62,494 nt of DNA from IMG/VR virus record IMGVR_UViG_3300009151_000076, positions 1 through 62,494 of that record; one strand, written 5' to 3'. The notes under the pieces are model-generated. The model searched no databases, had not been told where the DNA came from, and saw nothing but the letters and a program-made list of their open reading frames with translations. A program made the translations under genes and the position numbers. Numbering within the stretch: position 1 is the first letter of the stretch; each line of letters starts with the position of its first letter. This document shows, piece by piece, positions 54,701 through 62,494 of the stretch. Origin of the DNA: a virus (taxonomy: Duplodnaviria; Caudoviricetes).

Positions 54701-57360
54701 GCATAGCTTGCAATATCTACAGCAGGTGACCAGTATGGAGAACCAGTTGAGCCATTTGATGTCAGTATTTGACCAGCAGTACCATTGCTACCATTTGCAT
54801 TTAATGGAATACCAGATATTGTAACTCTCGAATTATTAGCAACAAACTTGGTGCCGACAGAATGAGTGGCTGCGTTTACTGAGCCACTAGTGAAAACACC
54901 AGCAGTATTTGCAGAAGTATAGTTACTAATAGTAAATGGAGATAGTGATGAATATGATGGTGTACCCGATGCAGTTATAGTAATCGGAGTATAGTTAGAA
55001 TTAGTATCTGTGAGATATGTATCGGCTGTAGTTTGTAAGAGAAGTAACTCAGTATAAGCGATCGTACTTAATGGTAATATCGATGGAGTAAAGTTACTTG
55101 TATAAACAGGAACAGACCATGTATATCTGATATTAGAGATATAACCATTAAAATATGTTGAGTTCATTGAACCGGCAATGAACGTAGTATCTGAGAAAGT
55201 ATAGTTAGTTGAAGTAGTGGCGACCGATGTACCATTAATATACAGCGTTAATGTGCCAGAATTTCTAACCAGCGCTACGTGATAAAAGTTATTAATAGCC
55301 GGAGGATTATAATAGGTGATAATATCACCAGCATTGTTTCTTACACCCCATCTAGCATTATTAACATATAACCAGAATCCAGTATTAGTTCCATCGCCAT
55401 TCATTAATGAGATAACGCCAGGAGTATCACCACTACCGGCAAGGCTGCTAGCTCTAATCCATGCTTCCATGGTAAAGTCGCCGATACCCGCTGCTCCGGT
55501 ACTAGTTCCAGGAGAGTGTGTTACTGTACCAGTGATGTAAGAGTTCGAACCGTTAAAGGCTATACTTCCACCAGCTGATATGCTTATATTAAGACCGGCC
55601 GTATTAAACGAGGTCGTATAGCCAGCTCCAGTAGCAGACATGCCCGAAGTATTAGTTGTAGAATTAACAGTCGAGTTACCGGTATTAAGGCCAGATAAGT
55701 TTAATGTCGTACTAGATGAAGAATTCTGAATGAATACTCCATTATTTGATACGTCAGTATTAGCTATAGTATTACCAATCGATAAATTACCAGCGCTGAT
55801 AGTTATGGCATCTACTAAGAGATTGGCTGAACCTGTTCCCCAGTACACACCACCGGTCGAGTTGGTAGTTAGTACCTGACCATTAGTTCCAAGAGCACCG
55901 TTAGCAATAACAGTTTTAACTGTGACATTAGTAGTTTTTATACTATTGCTATTTGCCGTAGTATTAACAGTCGAGTTACCTATTGCGAATGTGGCTATAT
56001 TCAGTGTCACAGTAGATGTTGTATTACTGATGAATACACCGGTATTAGATATGTCGGTATTGACAGTCGAGTTACCAATAGATAGATTACCGACACTAAT
56101 AGCTATAGCTTCTGCAGATAGGTTGCCCACACCCGCAGACCAATATACTCCGCCGGTTGAGTTAGTTGTCAGTACCTGACCATTAGTTCCAAGATAGCCA
56201 TTTGCTACTATAGTGTTAGCAACTATATTGGCATTAAATGTGACATCACCGGAGAAAGTTGCTCCCGTCTTAAGAGCAATACTTGTATTAGTGTAAGCTA
56301 TAGCATTTGTGTAAGCAGTAGAAGCTTTACCATCTGCATAAGTTGCTGCATTGCTATAAGCAGTTGCCGCTTTAGTATCTGAATATGTTCTTAGTGTCGA
56401 GGCACTATTTCCATTAAGATAACTGGCGTTATTGGCAGTACCACTAAATGTTGTAGAGTTGATCGTTACATTTACGGTCGTATTACCTAGTGCGAAGGTA
56501 GATAGATTTAATGTAGTCGACGTTGTACTATTACTGATGAATATGCCAGTATTAGACATGTCAGTATTATTAGTAGAATTACCTACCGAGATATTTCCAC
56601 TCGTGACAAAGATAGACTGTGCAGATAGATTACCTGTATTAATAGAGGCGGTTATACTTGTCCAATATACGTTACCGTTACCATTTGATGTTAGGAACTG
56701 ACCAGCAAGTCCAGAGTTTCCACCGGCTATGATTGCGCCATTGGCTACTATGTTAGCAGTGTGTGTTACTGTACCAGTAAAGGTCGTGCCAGTCTTGAGT
56801 GCGATGTTTGTATTAGTATAAGAGATCGCATTGCTATAAGCATTGTCGGCTTTATTGCCAGCATATGTTACCGCGTTACTATAAGCATCAGCCGCCTTGT
56901 TGTCGGCATATGTTGTGGCATTCGAGTACGCCTGAGCAGCATTTCCTGAATAAGCAATTGCATTACTGTAGGCATTTGCAGCAGAAAGGTCAGCATAAGA
57001 GATAGCATTACTGTAAGCATTGGCCGCTTTGTTATTTGCATATGCTAGTATTGTAGATACGCTATTTCCACCCAGATAGCTACTGTTATTTGATGTTCCA
57101 CTAAATGTTGTTGAGTTAATAGATACATTGACAGAAGTATTGCCGACTGTTATTACTGAGCTATTGACAAATACGTTGGCATTAAAAGTAGCCGTGCCGC
57201 TGAACGATGATACATTGATCGTGGCGTTATTAATCGTGGCGTTAGAGATTGTCGAAGACTTGGATACGATCTTCCATATATACTGATCGGCGAACCACTG
57301 GTAAGTGTATCCATTGGTCGTATATAGTTCACCGTTAGCGGTAGGGGTTGGAAATGACAT
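48760..57360 (-). CDS. Giant fibre protein, 2866 aa, with LamG-like domains
   Basis: MSFP start, repeated G..GQ.LTSNG...YW, GNSTVN and AYSNA units, three LamG-like segments. Confidence 0.82.
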   Translation of the reverse strand: MSFPTPTANGELYTTNGYTYQWFADQYIWKIVSKSSTISNATINNATINVSSFSGTATFNANVFVNSSVITVGNTSVNVSINSTTFSGTSNNSSYLGGNSVSTILAYANNKAANAYSNAISYADLSAANAYSNAIAYSGNAAQAYSNATTYADNKAADAYSNAVTYAGNKADNAYSNAISYTNTNIALKTGTTFTGTVTHTANIVANGAIIAGGNSGLAGQFLTSNGNGNVYWTSITASINTGNLSAQSIFVTSGNISVGNSTNNTDMSNTGIFISNSTTSTTLNLSTFALGNTTVNVTINSTTFSGTANNASYLNGNSASTLRTYSDTKAATAYSNAATYADGKASTAYTNAIAYTNTSIALKTGATFSGDVTFNANIVANTIVANGYLGTNGQVLTTNSTGGVYWSAGVGNLSAEAIAISVGNLSIGNSTVNTDISNTGVFISNTTSTVTLNIATFAIGNSTVNTTANSNSIKTTNVTVKTVIANGALGTNGQVLTTNSTGGVYWGTGSANLLVDAITISAGNLSIGNTIANTDVSNNGVFIQNSSSSTTLNLSGLNTGNSTVNSTTNTSGMSATGAGYTTSFNTAGLNISISAGGSIAFNGSNSYITGTVTHSPGTSTGAAGIGDFTMEAWIRASSLAGSGDTPGVISLMNGDGTNTGFWLYVNNARWGVRNNAGDIITYYNPPAINNFYHVALVRNSGTLTLYINGTSVATTSTNYTFSDTTFIAGSMNSTYFNGYISNIRYTWSVPVYTSNFTPSILPLSTIAYTELLLLQTTADTYLTDTNSNYTPITITASGTPSYSSLSPFTISNYTSANTAGVFTSGSVNAATHSVGTKFVANNSRVTISGIPLNANGSNGTAGQILTSNGSTGSPYWSPAVDIASYALKAGTTFTGNVVFNANIVANTLVANGSLGTNGQILTTNSTGGVYWSTGVGNLAASAMTISVGNLSIGNSTVNTDMSNVGIFISNSTSTTTVNLSTIAIGNSTVNTTINSNSLATTNVSVSKLIANGAAGTNGQILTTNSTGGVYWGTGVGNLAADAMTISVGNLSIGNTTNNTDISNTGIFISNTLTSTTLNLSSLSIGNTVNTVVNSSIFRMSNGSSHEYSFMMLPDTNAGPLFTIGFDNRVGQGPGGSTAYFPQGGGFGVSWNVFIVNTSFMQLGNTTNYMNLSVNNNPSIKFVIPDSAGGGFTANELGFYAGNTTSNVVANTTGFYINGASPPITASNVKTNNLYANHSIVNNDITVGGLASTTNVTVNNQSVYITNGTTALDIFIAQNPGGSTGVGPFFGLGFNDHMGNGGGGGTAYFPQGSSFALGSNIFSVNTSFIQLGNSSNYMNFSIGANSPYITAVNPSDQGGGFTANDSGFYAGNGTVYISANTNGFYVNSGSFTGSELKIGNSTVNTTINSTAFNTTSTKFTGNVTIDKNLTVTGNLILAGTTTFVNSTVITTNDLNIIFANSAANSMLTDGAGIVAGTSANLVFDDPTTSWQSNVNITPSTNSLNLGAATRIWSNAYIRNIIANGSIGTSAQVLTSNSTGGAYWTSMSTAADLSADSIAVTVGNLSIGNTTVNTDISNNGVFISNTTASVTLDVSGLTIGNSTVNSVVNSTAFSGTANNSLYLNGLNPNAYVSNSYLTQSMYVQTGSETFANVFSLSGTSNVRVTIANTVTSVGNSYCLEFWVRFATTNSSATNITTGGVSSLQIAIANNGATISESGYTTEFPGGFNVAANTWHHYAYIGTGNYTYFYVDGVRATWYTSNSYATPTATPTHGGKGGQGGYTQNGILALSPLSLSSGYAVGAGAFDIIDFRITTGNTVYALSGFTPPTSHLTSITGTQVLLFTSNTFTDAGPYSLSVTNNGGTVTPTVVGPLPSANVALRLTSNVKINTGIAIYDSTDSQGTAGQVLTSNGAANVYWSSASTDALTLGGNTAQQLIDRSSNAYSNAVTYAGNKADNAYSNAISYTNTNIALKTGTTFTGNVQTNATLAINGAIALTGSNGTLGYFLTSNGDTGAPYWTSPAAAVVNVDATYAWTNIHTFAANVTVNSEIKITGGTAATTGTGTLAFANNLLSMGNNTVNSTLSPTTLTMGGGSLTTTGTGGLTANLTTIFVGNNTSNALINTTGFYVGGTQLINTNVAAQYAWTNTQSFSNTISFGNATVNAIISTNSSVTSFSGTSNNSIYLNGALSNAYVSNAYLTNVLTVNTTSLTLANVFSFTGTANLTAGFSNTVSSVGNSYCLEFWVNFPTTNTTPTSVLLAPSPDGLVFQIANNGAYIGNYAYVTEYAGGFSIAANTWHHIAYIGTGSQTYLFVDGSPATWYTSSTFITPTATPTHGGKGGSGGATQNGTLNTGGLKFYSTTSGAGSYKIIDFRVTTSNTVYSLSGFTPPTTHLTAITGTQILLFTSNVFTDAGLYSIVTTNNGGVLNAGTYGPLPSTNTALSLNANVKINPGISVYDSTGSQGTAGQVLTSNGTANVYWSTIATDSSTLNGNTAQQLIDRSSNAYSNAIAYSGNAALAYANAVTYADNKAANAYSNAVTYAGNKADNAYSNAIAYSGNAALAYANAIAYSGNAALAYANAIAYSGNAAQAYANAIAYTNTNIALLNASQTFSNTTTFSNTITFGSATVNAAISTNSTVTSFSGTSNNSLYFGGYGLSTFVTNTYLSTALTNVVNTTANFTYNGTQSYSNTVTFSNLALHTANLTVNAAVIAGGNSGTAGQYLTSNGTSNVYWSSPGAASVNVAAQYAFTNTISFSNTTTHNGILGANSVVQLNGSNGTAGQVLTSNGSSNAYWSTATGGGSVNLASSYAFTNTTASVNSNSGAITTLGGIGANGNIYTAARVGFANSTGANQAYTYYNATTGSLDTVFG
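49575..49865 (-). repeat. Coding tandem repeats (AYANAIAYSGNAAL, about 39 nt)
   Basis: Imperfect tandem units; related block at about 56800-57050. Confidence 0.75.
49870..52530 (-). repeat. Internal duplication of a ~300-aa LamG-like module (about 49870-50830 and 51540-52530)
   Basis: SVGNSYCLEFWV, TPTATPTHGGKGG, IIDFR.T..NTVY.LSGFTPPT.HLT and AQQLIDRSSNAYSNA each occur twice. Confidence 0.8.
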
Positions 57361-57371
57361 CTATATGTACC

Positions 57372-58562
57372 TCACGCCGGTGGAAGAAAGTCGAACCAGT
57401 AACTATTAGTACCGTCATACACCCACATGTAAGGCTTACTGTCTGATACTAGGTACCAGATATCGCCATAGTTAGAGGTAGATGGTGCTGTGTTACTGGC
57501 GGTAAAGACAGTGGCCCAGGATGACGCTGTGCCATTCGAAGTTAGTTTTTGTCCGGCAGATCCATAAGAACCATTAATACTTATACCAGTATTAGTTACT
57601 ACAGTGTTTACTGTAGAGTTGCCAACGGAGACGTGTCCATTACTGACCTCTACATTCTCTACTGTTAAGTTAGTTGGAGTGACAGACGACGTCCAATATA
57701 TAGATGTTCCATTGGACGTAAGATAATTTCCATTACCACCAGCTGAACCATTAGCTATGATCATAGTTGAGTTAATAACTATGTTTGATGTCGAATTACC
57801 TATCTTAATAGAGTTATTTGATATTACTACATTGACTAGCGAGTTACCTACAGCTAGTCTTCCACCAGTTATACTTATAGAGTTTACTGATAAGTCTGAT
57901 GGTGTTACGGCTGATGCCCAATAAACACCAGATCCATTTGATGATAAGAAAGTTCCAGACCCACCAAAGTCACCATTAGCATACAAGCCAATGTTATTTG
58001 CTATTCTTATAGCTGTTGTATTGACATATAGTGTATTAGCTACATTAAGTGTATTAGAGATAGTAGCATCGACAGAGCTAGTTACTTGTGAAGATAGTGC
58101 AAACGCCTCATAAGCCGCTGTATTGCTTATAAAAGTATTTTGTACGTAGTTGTTTGTTGTGACATAGTCACCATTAACTGCGATCGCAGTACTGGTCATA
58201 ACACTGTTGACTGTACTATTACCGATCTGTAAGATCGATCCAAAGATCGCTACGTTACCTGGCTTGATTAATGTGTTAGCAGTGGAATTAGCTATGTAGA
58301 TGGAGCTTGAGTTTACTGTAGCGTTGACAGTACTGTTACCGAGGAATATAGTATTGCCGACTGTTAGGCTGGTGAGATTTGATCCAACCTCGAAGGCTGC
58401 AGATCCATTTGATGAGAATAATTTATTATCTGTTAGATTAAGCGCCAACTCACCGGTACTGATATACTGAGTATTAGCAGAATTTGTCGTGTTGGGGACT
58501 CTTCCCGACACGGCTGTTCTTCTGATAATAATATTCAGTTTACTAGATGGCGGTGGCGACAT
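57372..58562 (-). CDS. Fibre-related structural protein
   Basis: IIRR..VSGRVP..GELALNLTDNKLF N-terminus, GNSTVN repeats, C-terminal AP..GDIWY..W.YDG..W. Confidence 0.75.
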   Translation of the reverse strand: MSPPPSSKLNIIIRRTAVSGRVPNTTNSANTQYISTGELALNLTDNKLFSSNGSAAFEVGSNLTSLTVGNTIFLGNSTVNATVNSSSIYIANSTANTLIKPGNVAIFGSILQIGNSTVNSVMTSTAIAVNGDYVTTNNYVQNTFISNTAAYEAFALSSQVTSSVDATISNTLNVANTLYVNTTAIRIANNIGLYANGDFGGSGTFLSSNGSGVYWASAVTPSDLSVNSISITGGRLAVGNSLVNVVISNNSIKIGNSTSNIVINSTMIIANGSAGGNGNYLTSNGTSIYWTSSVTPTNLTVENVEVSNGHVSVGNSTVNTVVTNTGISINGSYGSAGQKLTSNGTASSWATVFTASNTAPSTSNYGDIWYLVSDSKPYMWVYDGTNSYWFDFLPPA

Positions 58563-58595
58563 ATGTCATTCCTATCAACCGGTATATACCGAGGA

Positions 58596-58811
58596 TTAAA
58601 AGTCTTCTTTTGTAGGTTTTGAAGCCCTCTTATTTAAAGAGGCTTCTAGCTTATTTATCTGCTGCTTTAGGTCCTCATTGTCGGCCGCCAGGGCTGCTGT
58701 GGCTTTCTTAGCTAGGTCGAGTTGAACTTGATATATGATCTCGTTCTTTGTCATTAACTCGACTCTAGCCGAAAGTTTTTCAATATAAAGGTTTACAAAT
58801 TCTGAATCCAT
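58596..58811 (-). CDS. Small coiled-coil protein
   Basis: 71 aa with heptad pattern, located between fibre genes. Confidence 0.7.
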   Translation of the reverse strand: MDSEFVNLYIEKLSARVELMTKNEIIYQVQLDLAKKATAALAADNEDLKQQINKLEASLNKRASKPTKEDF

Positions 58812-58838
58812 GATATAATAGTCCTATCACTGTTGAAA

Positions 58839-61800
58839 TTAGAAGGTACCACCGTCAATTGTATCAGAGTACGCTGGTATGTTGTTTTTAATCATTAGGA
58901 TCTGATCGTTAGCAGCTGCTATCGGAACAGATAGAGTAGTTAGAGTTGTTGATGACTGACCACCACCATCGTACGTGCCAGAGGCATACACGATGTCACC
59001 TGCAAGGTAAGTAGCAAGACCTGTACCACCAGAGTTGGCTGGAAGCGCACTGGAAAGATGAAGAGTATTAGCAGTGATCGCTACATTAACCGATGCATTT
59101 GCAGTAAGAGCAACGGTAGTTGAATTAGCTACAAATCCCTTACCGGTATCAAGGTAAGACATAAGTGTCGATAGATGATAACCTGCAGCAGTACCATCTA
59201 CTACATACGGGGCTGTCATGCCCGGTTCTGTTGTAGTCGAGTAGAGGTGATACACAGCATTAGTAGCATCACCCATGGTGTGATCACGGAAGATACCTGA
59301 GTAGTAAGTAGTTGCATCTACTTTATACTGACCATAGAAACCAAAGTCAACAACATCGGCTGCATTGTTAGACGCGAGCTTAAGGTTGATGTCAGCGATT
59401 GCTACCTGAGTAGTATCAATTGTAGTTAGAGTACCTTGAACCGTCAGGTTACCCGTGATGATCGCGTCGCCATTAACACCTAGCGAGGTGGCGTTAACAG
59501 ACGCAGCATTGAGGTAAGTTCCGGTTCCGAGATAGATACCAAGACTGTTAGCCGTTAAGTTACCATTGATCGTAAACGAAGCAGCATTGATAGTGCCGTT
59601 GGAGTATATATTATGCACCGTGATAGACGTTGCGTTGATGACCGTGTTAACGCTGCTGTTACCTACAGTTAAGGTACTATTAGCTGACAGGTTTTCCATG
59701 ACAGCATAGCTTACTTCCTTTGTAGCAGTATCATAGAACAAGAAGTTGCTTGATCCATTGCTGCTACCGGCAACATTACGTATCGGATCAATAAAGAGAC
59801 CGACAACTGACGCATCAAGATTTGCGCCGGATGCGTTAAGTATGATAGAGTTGTTGACTTGGTTGGTTCTACCTGCATAGACGCCGATTGCAATCGAGTT
59901 ACTACCTTGATTGATCTGACCTGCATAGCGGCCGATTGCTACAGCGCCATACGCCTGAGTTGTTTGACCAGCACGATGACCTAAAGCGACGGCGTCTTGA
60001 CCTTGTCTATCCTCACCAGCGGAACGTCCAACAGCAACTGCCTTGATACCCTGTGTATTTGCACCAGCATAGTAACCAATAGCCACAGCGCGCTCATTCT
60101 GAGAGTTGGCGCCGGCAAAGAAGCCCATAGCTATCGCTTGATATGTTTGATTTGCATGACCTGCGGTATCACCTATCGCTATAGCCTGATATCCTTGATT
60201 GGAATATCCTGAGCCAATACCCACAGCTACCGAATTATATCCTTGATTTGCATATCCAGCAGTTGCCCCTATAGATACTGCACCGATCTGTTGATTAGCA
60301 AAACCTGCAAAATAACCAATCGCTACAGCATTAGATCCTTGGAAAGAGTCAGCTGCTGCAGTACCAATAGCAACGGCATTTTGTCCTTGTCCGCCGAAGG
60401 TTACTAAGATTTGTCCGCTCGAGTTATCTAAAGCAGCTTGATTTACAGTATATGTTCCTGCAGATCCGCTGGTAATATAAGTACCAGGCGCTACGCCCGG
60501 GCCAGACACATAGACTTTCTTGTCATTATTATCGACATATAAACCAACAAAATAGTCTAACTCTCCGCCATCAGATGATACGTCGATGGTCCACGATGTA
60601 GATCCAACAGTGAATGTTGGATTGTAGTATACGTAATCAGAACCTTCCGAAGTATAATCGCCGATTGCGATCGAACCATATCCTTGACCTTCACCACCGG
60701 CAAAAATACCTATTGCAATTGCATTTGATTGCTGATTATATCTACCTGCCGAGTGACCAACTGCGATAGCCGAGTCACCCTGATATATCTGTCCAGAGTA
60801 AGGGCCAACCGCAACAGCGGCTGTGCCCTGTGACTCTAAAGCCGAGCGAGTACCAACAGCAACAGAGTCACTTGATTGATTCGATTGTCCGGCCTCATAG
60901 CCTACAGCAACCGACTCGCTGCCTTGATTATTATTACCAGAGAATTTACCAACCGCTACTGCGCGTTGACCCTGTTGAAAGGCGCCTGCGTTAGCACCGA
61001 TAGCAACAGCACCTTCCTCTTGGCTTTCATTACCGGCATATGAACCGATAGCTATAGAATTTGCACCCTGAGTATTGGAAGCAGCATAGTTACCAATTGC
61101 CACGGCAGTGTTCATCTGGCTATTAGCACCAGCATGATTACCCATAGCTACGCTATATGCTCCTTGATTTAGCTCAGCTGCACTACGGCCGATTGCTACA
61201 GAGTCCCATAGCTGATTAACAGAACCAGAATTAGCACCGATCGCAACTGCATAGATATGCTGGTGATCGTAACCCGCAAATTGACCTATAGCAACAGCGC
61301 CTAAACGCTGATCGATTTGTCCAGTATTTGAACCAATAGCAATCGCGTAAGAGTTTTGATTAGTGTCACCCGCATACTGACCTATAGCTATTCTATTCTG
61401 ATGACCTGCATCTCCATTATATGAACTACCAGTTGAAAGTATAACGTTATTATTAAATGCACTTAAATATGTGTTACTATCAGCAAAGTGAATGCTGTGG
61501 TTTGCTGTGCTTGTACCAAGTGATAGGGCATTAGTTGTCTTGTCAAAGGTAAATCCAGCAGTTGCATTAGCATAACCATCGTCGTTAAACTGTACTTGTG
61601 TATTAGTTCCAGCAATCGACGTGACATTTGCCCAGTAGAGACCGGTACCGTTGCTGTGAAGTGCTTGGTTTGCGGAGCCGAGCGACCCGTTAGCCGAGAT
61701 AGCTATAGTGTTAATCGTACCATTAACCGTAAGAGTATTGCTTGACTTATTAAATACGAACGAAGTAGAACCATTTGCATAGCCAGAATCGTTATACGTA

Positions 61801-62494
61801 ATCTGAGTATTAGCACCTGCAGCTCCAGCAACCGGAGAGTCCCAGTAAGTAGCTGTACCATTACTGTGAAGGACATATCCATTAGAGCCTATGCTTCCGT
61901 TAGCATAGATACCGGCTGTGAACTCGGCAGAACCCTTGACGATGAACGTTGCGTTGGCTGTGTCCGTAGTTCCGATAGCTACGTTACCGTATGCGTCAAA
62001 GCGCATACGCTCGTTAGCAGCCATAATTCCGCCAGTGAAGATCGAGACGTACTGGGCATTAGCCGTACCGATAACAAGAGCCGAGTTACCCGTGTAGATG
62101 TAAGATGTTCCAGCAGGTGTTATGGTAGAAGCAGCGTTAGAGTAGTTCGTACTAACAATACCCATGTCGATGAAGCTGGCGTAAGACTGGTCGTCGTTAT
62201 AAGCAACCCAGTCAGACGAGGCCTCGATGCCGGTATTATCGTTGTGGATCATCGCCTGAACGTAGTTGTTCTGGTTACCTAGGTTCTCCTGAGTAGCTTT
62301 AAGGTCGGTGATGTATCCGGTCAATACGTATGAGGATGTGTTGCCAACCTTTAGGGTGCCGGCAATATTGTCATAGATCATGTTAGGAGCGCCGGCGATC
62401 GTATTAAAACCTGACGACTGGTCGTTGTACTGAATGGCTCCGTTAGATCCAGCAGAAGGAGCGCCGTTTGCGTACACACCACCTAAGAGGATCG
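58839..62494 (-). CDS. Fibre/adhesin with YadA-head-like repeats (5'-truncated by window)
   Basis: The frame stays open to the window edge. Many 14-aa AVAIG..AG..NQG repeats; ends IDGGTF. Confidence 0.82.
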   Translation of the reverse strand, partial: ILLGGVYANGAPSAGSNGAIQYNDQSSGFNTIAGAPNMIYDNIAGTLKVGNTSSYVLTGYITDLKATQENLGNQNNYVQAMIHNDNTGIEASSDWVAYNDDQSYASFIDMGIVSTNYSNAASTITPAGTSYIYTGNSALVIGTANAQYVSIFTGGIMAANERMRFDAYGNVAIGTTDTANATFIVKGSAEFTAGIYANGSIGSNGYVLHSNGTATYWDSPVAGAAGANTQITYNDSGYANGSTSFVFNKSSNTLTVNGTINTIAISANGSLGSANQALHSNGTGLYWANVTSIAGTNTQVQFNDDGYANATAGFTFDKTTNALSLGTSTANHSIHFADSNTYLSAFNNNVILSTGSSYNGDAGHQNRIAIGQYAGDTNQNSYAIAIGSNTGQIDQRLGAVAIGQFAGYDHQHIYAVAIGANSGSVNQLWDSVAIGRSAAELNQGAYSVAMGNHAGANSQMNTAVAIGNYAASNTQGANSIAIGSYAGNESQEEGAVAIGANAGAFQQGQRAVAVGKFSGNNNQGSESVAVGYEAGQSNQSSDSVAVGTRSALESQGTAAVAVGPYSGQIYQGDSAIAVGHSAGRYNQQSNAIAIGIFAGGEGQGYGSIAIGDYTSEGSDYVYYNPTFTVGSTSWTIDVSSDGGELDYFVGLYVDNNDKKVYVSGPGVAPGTYITSGSAGTYTVNQAALDNSSGQILVTFGGQGQNAVAIGTAAADSFQGSNAVAIGYFAGFANQQIGAVSIGATAGYANQGYNSVAVGIGSGYSNQGYQAIAIGDTAGHANQTYQAIAMGFFAGANSQNERAVAIGYYAGANTQGIKAVAVGRSAGEDRQGQDAVALGHRAGQTTQAYGAVAIGRYAGQINQGSNSIAIGVYAGRTNQVNNSIILNASGANLDASVVGLFIDPIRNVAGSSNGSSNFLFYDTATKEVSYAVMENLSANSTLTVGNSSVNTVINATSITVHNIYSNGTINAASFTINGNLTANSLGIYLGTGTYLNAASVNATSLGVNGDAIITGNLTVQGTLTTIDTTQVAIADINLKLASNNAADVVDFGFYGQYKVDATTYYSGIFRDHTMGDATNAVYHLYSTTTEPGMTAPYVVDGTAAGYHLSTLMSYLDTGKGFVANSTTVALTANASVNVAITANTLHLSSALPANSGGTGLATYLAGDIVYASGTYDGGGQSSTTLTTLSVPIAAANDQILMIKNNIPAYSDTIDGGTF
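59870..61400 (-). repeat. Coding 42-nt (14-aa) YadA-like repeat array
   Basis: A(V/I)A(I/V)G..AG..NQG periodicity, interrupted once at about 60400-60650. Confidence 0.8.

Noticed and set aside
36630-57000. Many short plus-strand Val/Leu/Pro-rich ORFs and alternate-frame ORFs
   Set aside because: Shadows of the repetitive Asn/Thr/Gly-rich fibre genes.
57372-58562. Diversity-generating retroelement target (Mtd-like N-terminus)
   Set aside because: No reverse transcriptase in the window, and I saw no template/variable repeat pair with adenine-specific differences.

Overview
A 62.5-kb segment of a large T4-like myophage genome, with almost all genes on the minus strand. The gp23-gp3-uvsY-uvsW-55-47-46 order and the lack of gp24 resemble environmental T4-superfamily phages more than T4 itself. 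From high to low coordinates it holds: (1) about 26 kb of large Asn/Thr/Ser/Gly-rich fibre genes with small accessory cassettes (2OG-Fe(II) oxygenase, glutaredoxin-like protein); (2) the gp13-gp23 neck, tail, terminase, portal and head module; (3) gp3, uvsY, uvsW, gp55, gp47, gp46; (4) a degenerate peptide deformylase; (5) a ~9-kb DNA base-modification island; (6) gp45-44-62-regA; (7) a small RNA region. The island encodes a T4 gp42-like dCMP hydroxymethylase, an alpha-glucosyltransferase-like enzyme, a cytidylyltransferase, a HAD-kinase fusion, an atypical C5-methyltransferase, a second glycosyltransferase, DenB-like and GIY-YIG nucleases, a MazG-type pyrophosphatase and a UDG-like protein. 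The RNA region holds tRNA-Tyr, a chimeric tRNA-Lys, two copies of a covarying structured RNA (one ending in CCA) and a third structured RNA candidate. The best candidates for new biology are a hydroxymethylcytosine hypermodification pathway using a CDP-activated donor, the duplicated tRNA-mimic RNA, and strong N-X-S/T sequon enrichment in the fibres. All homology calls come from motif recognition by eye; no searches were run.
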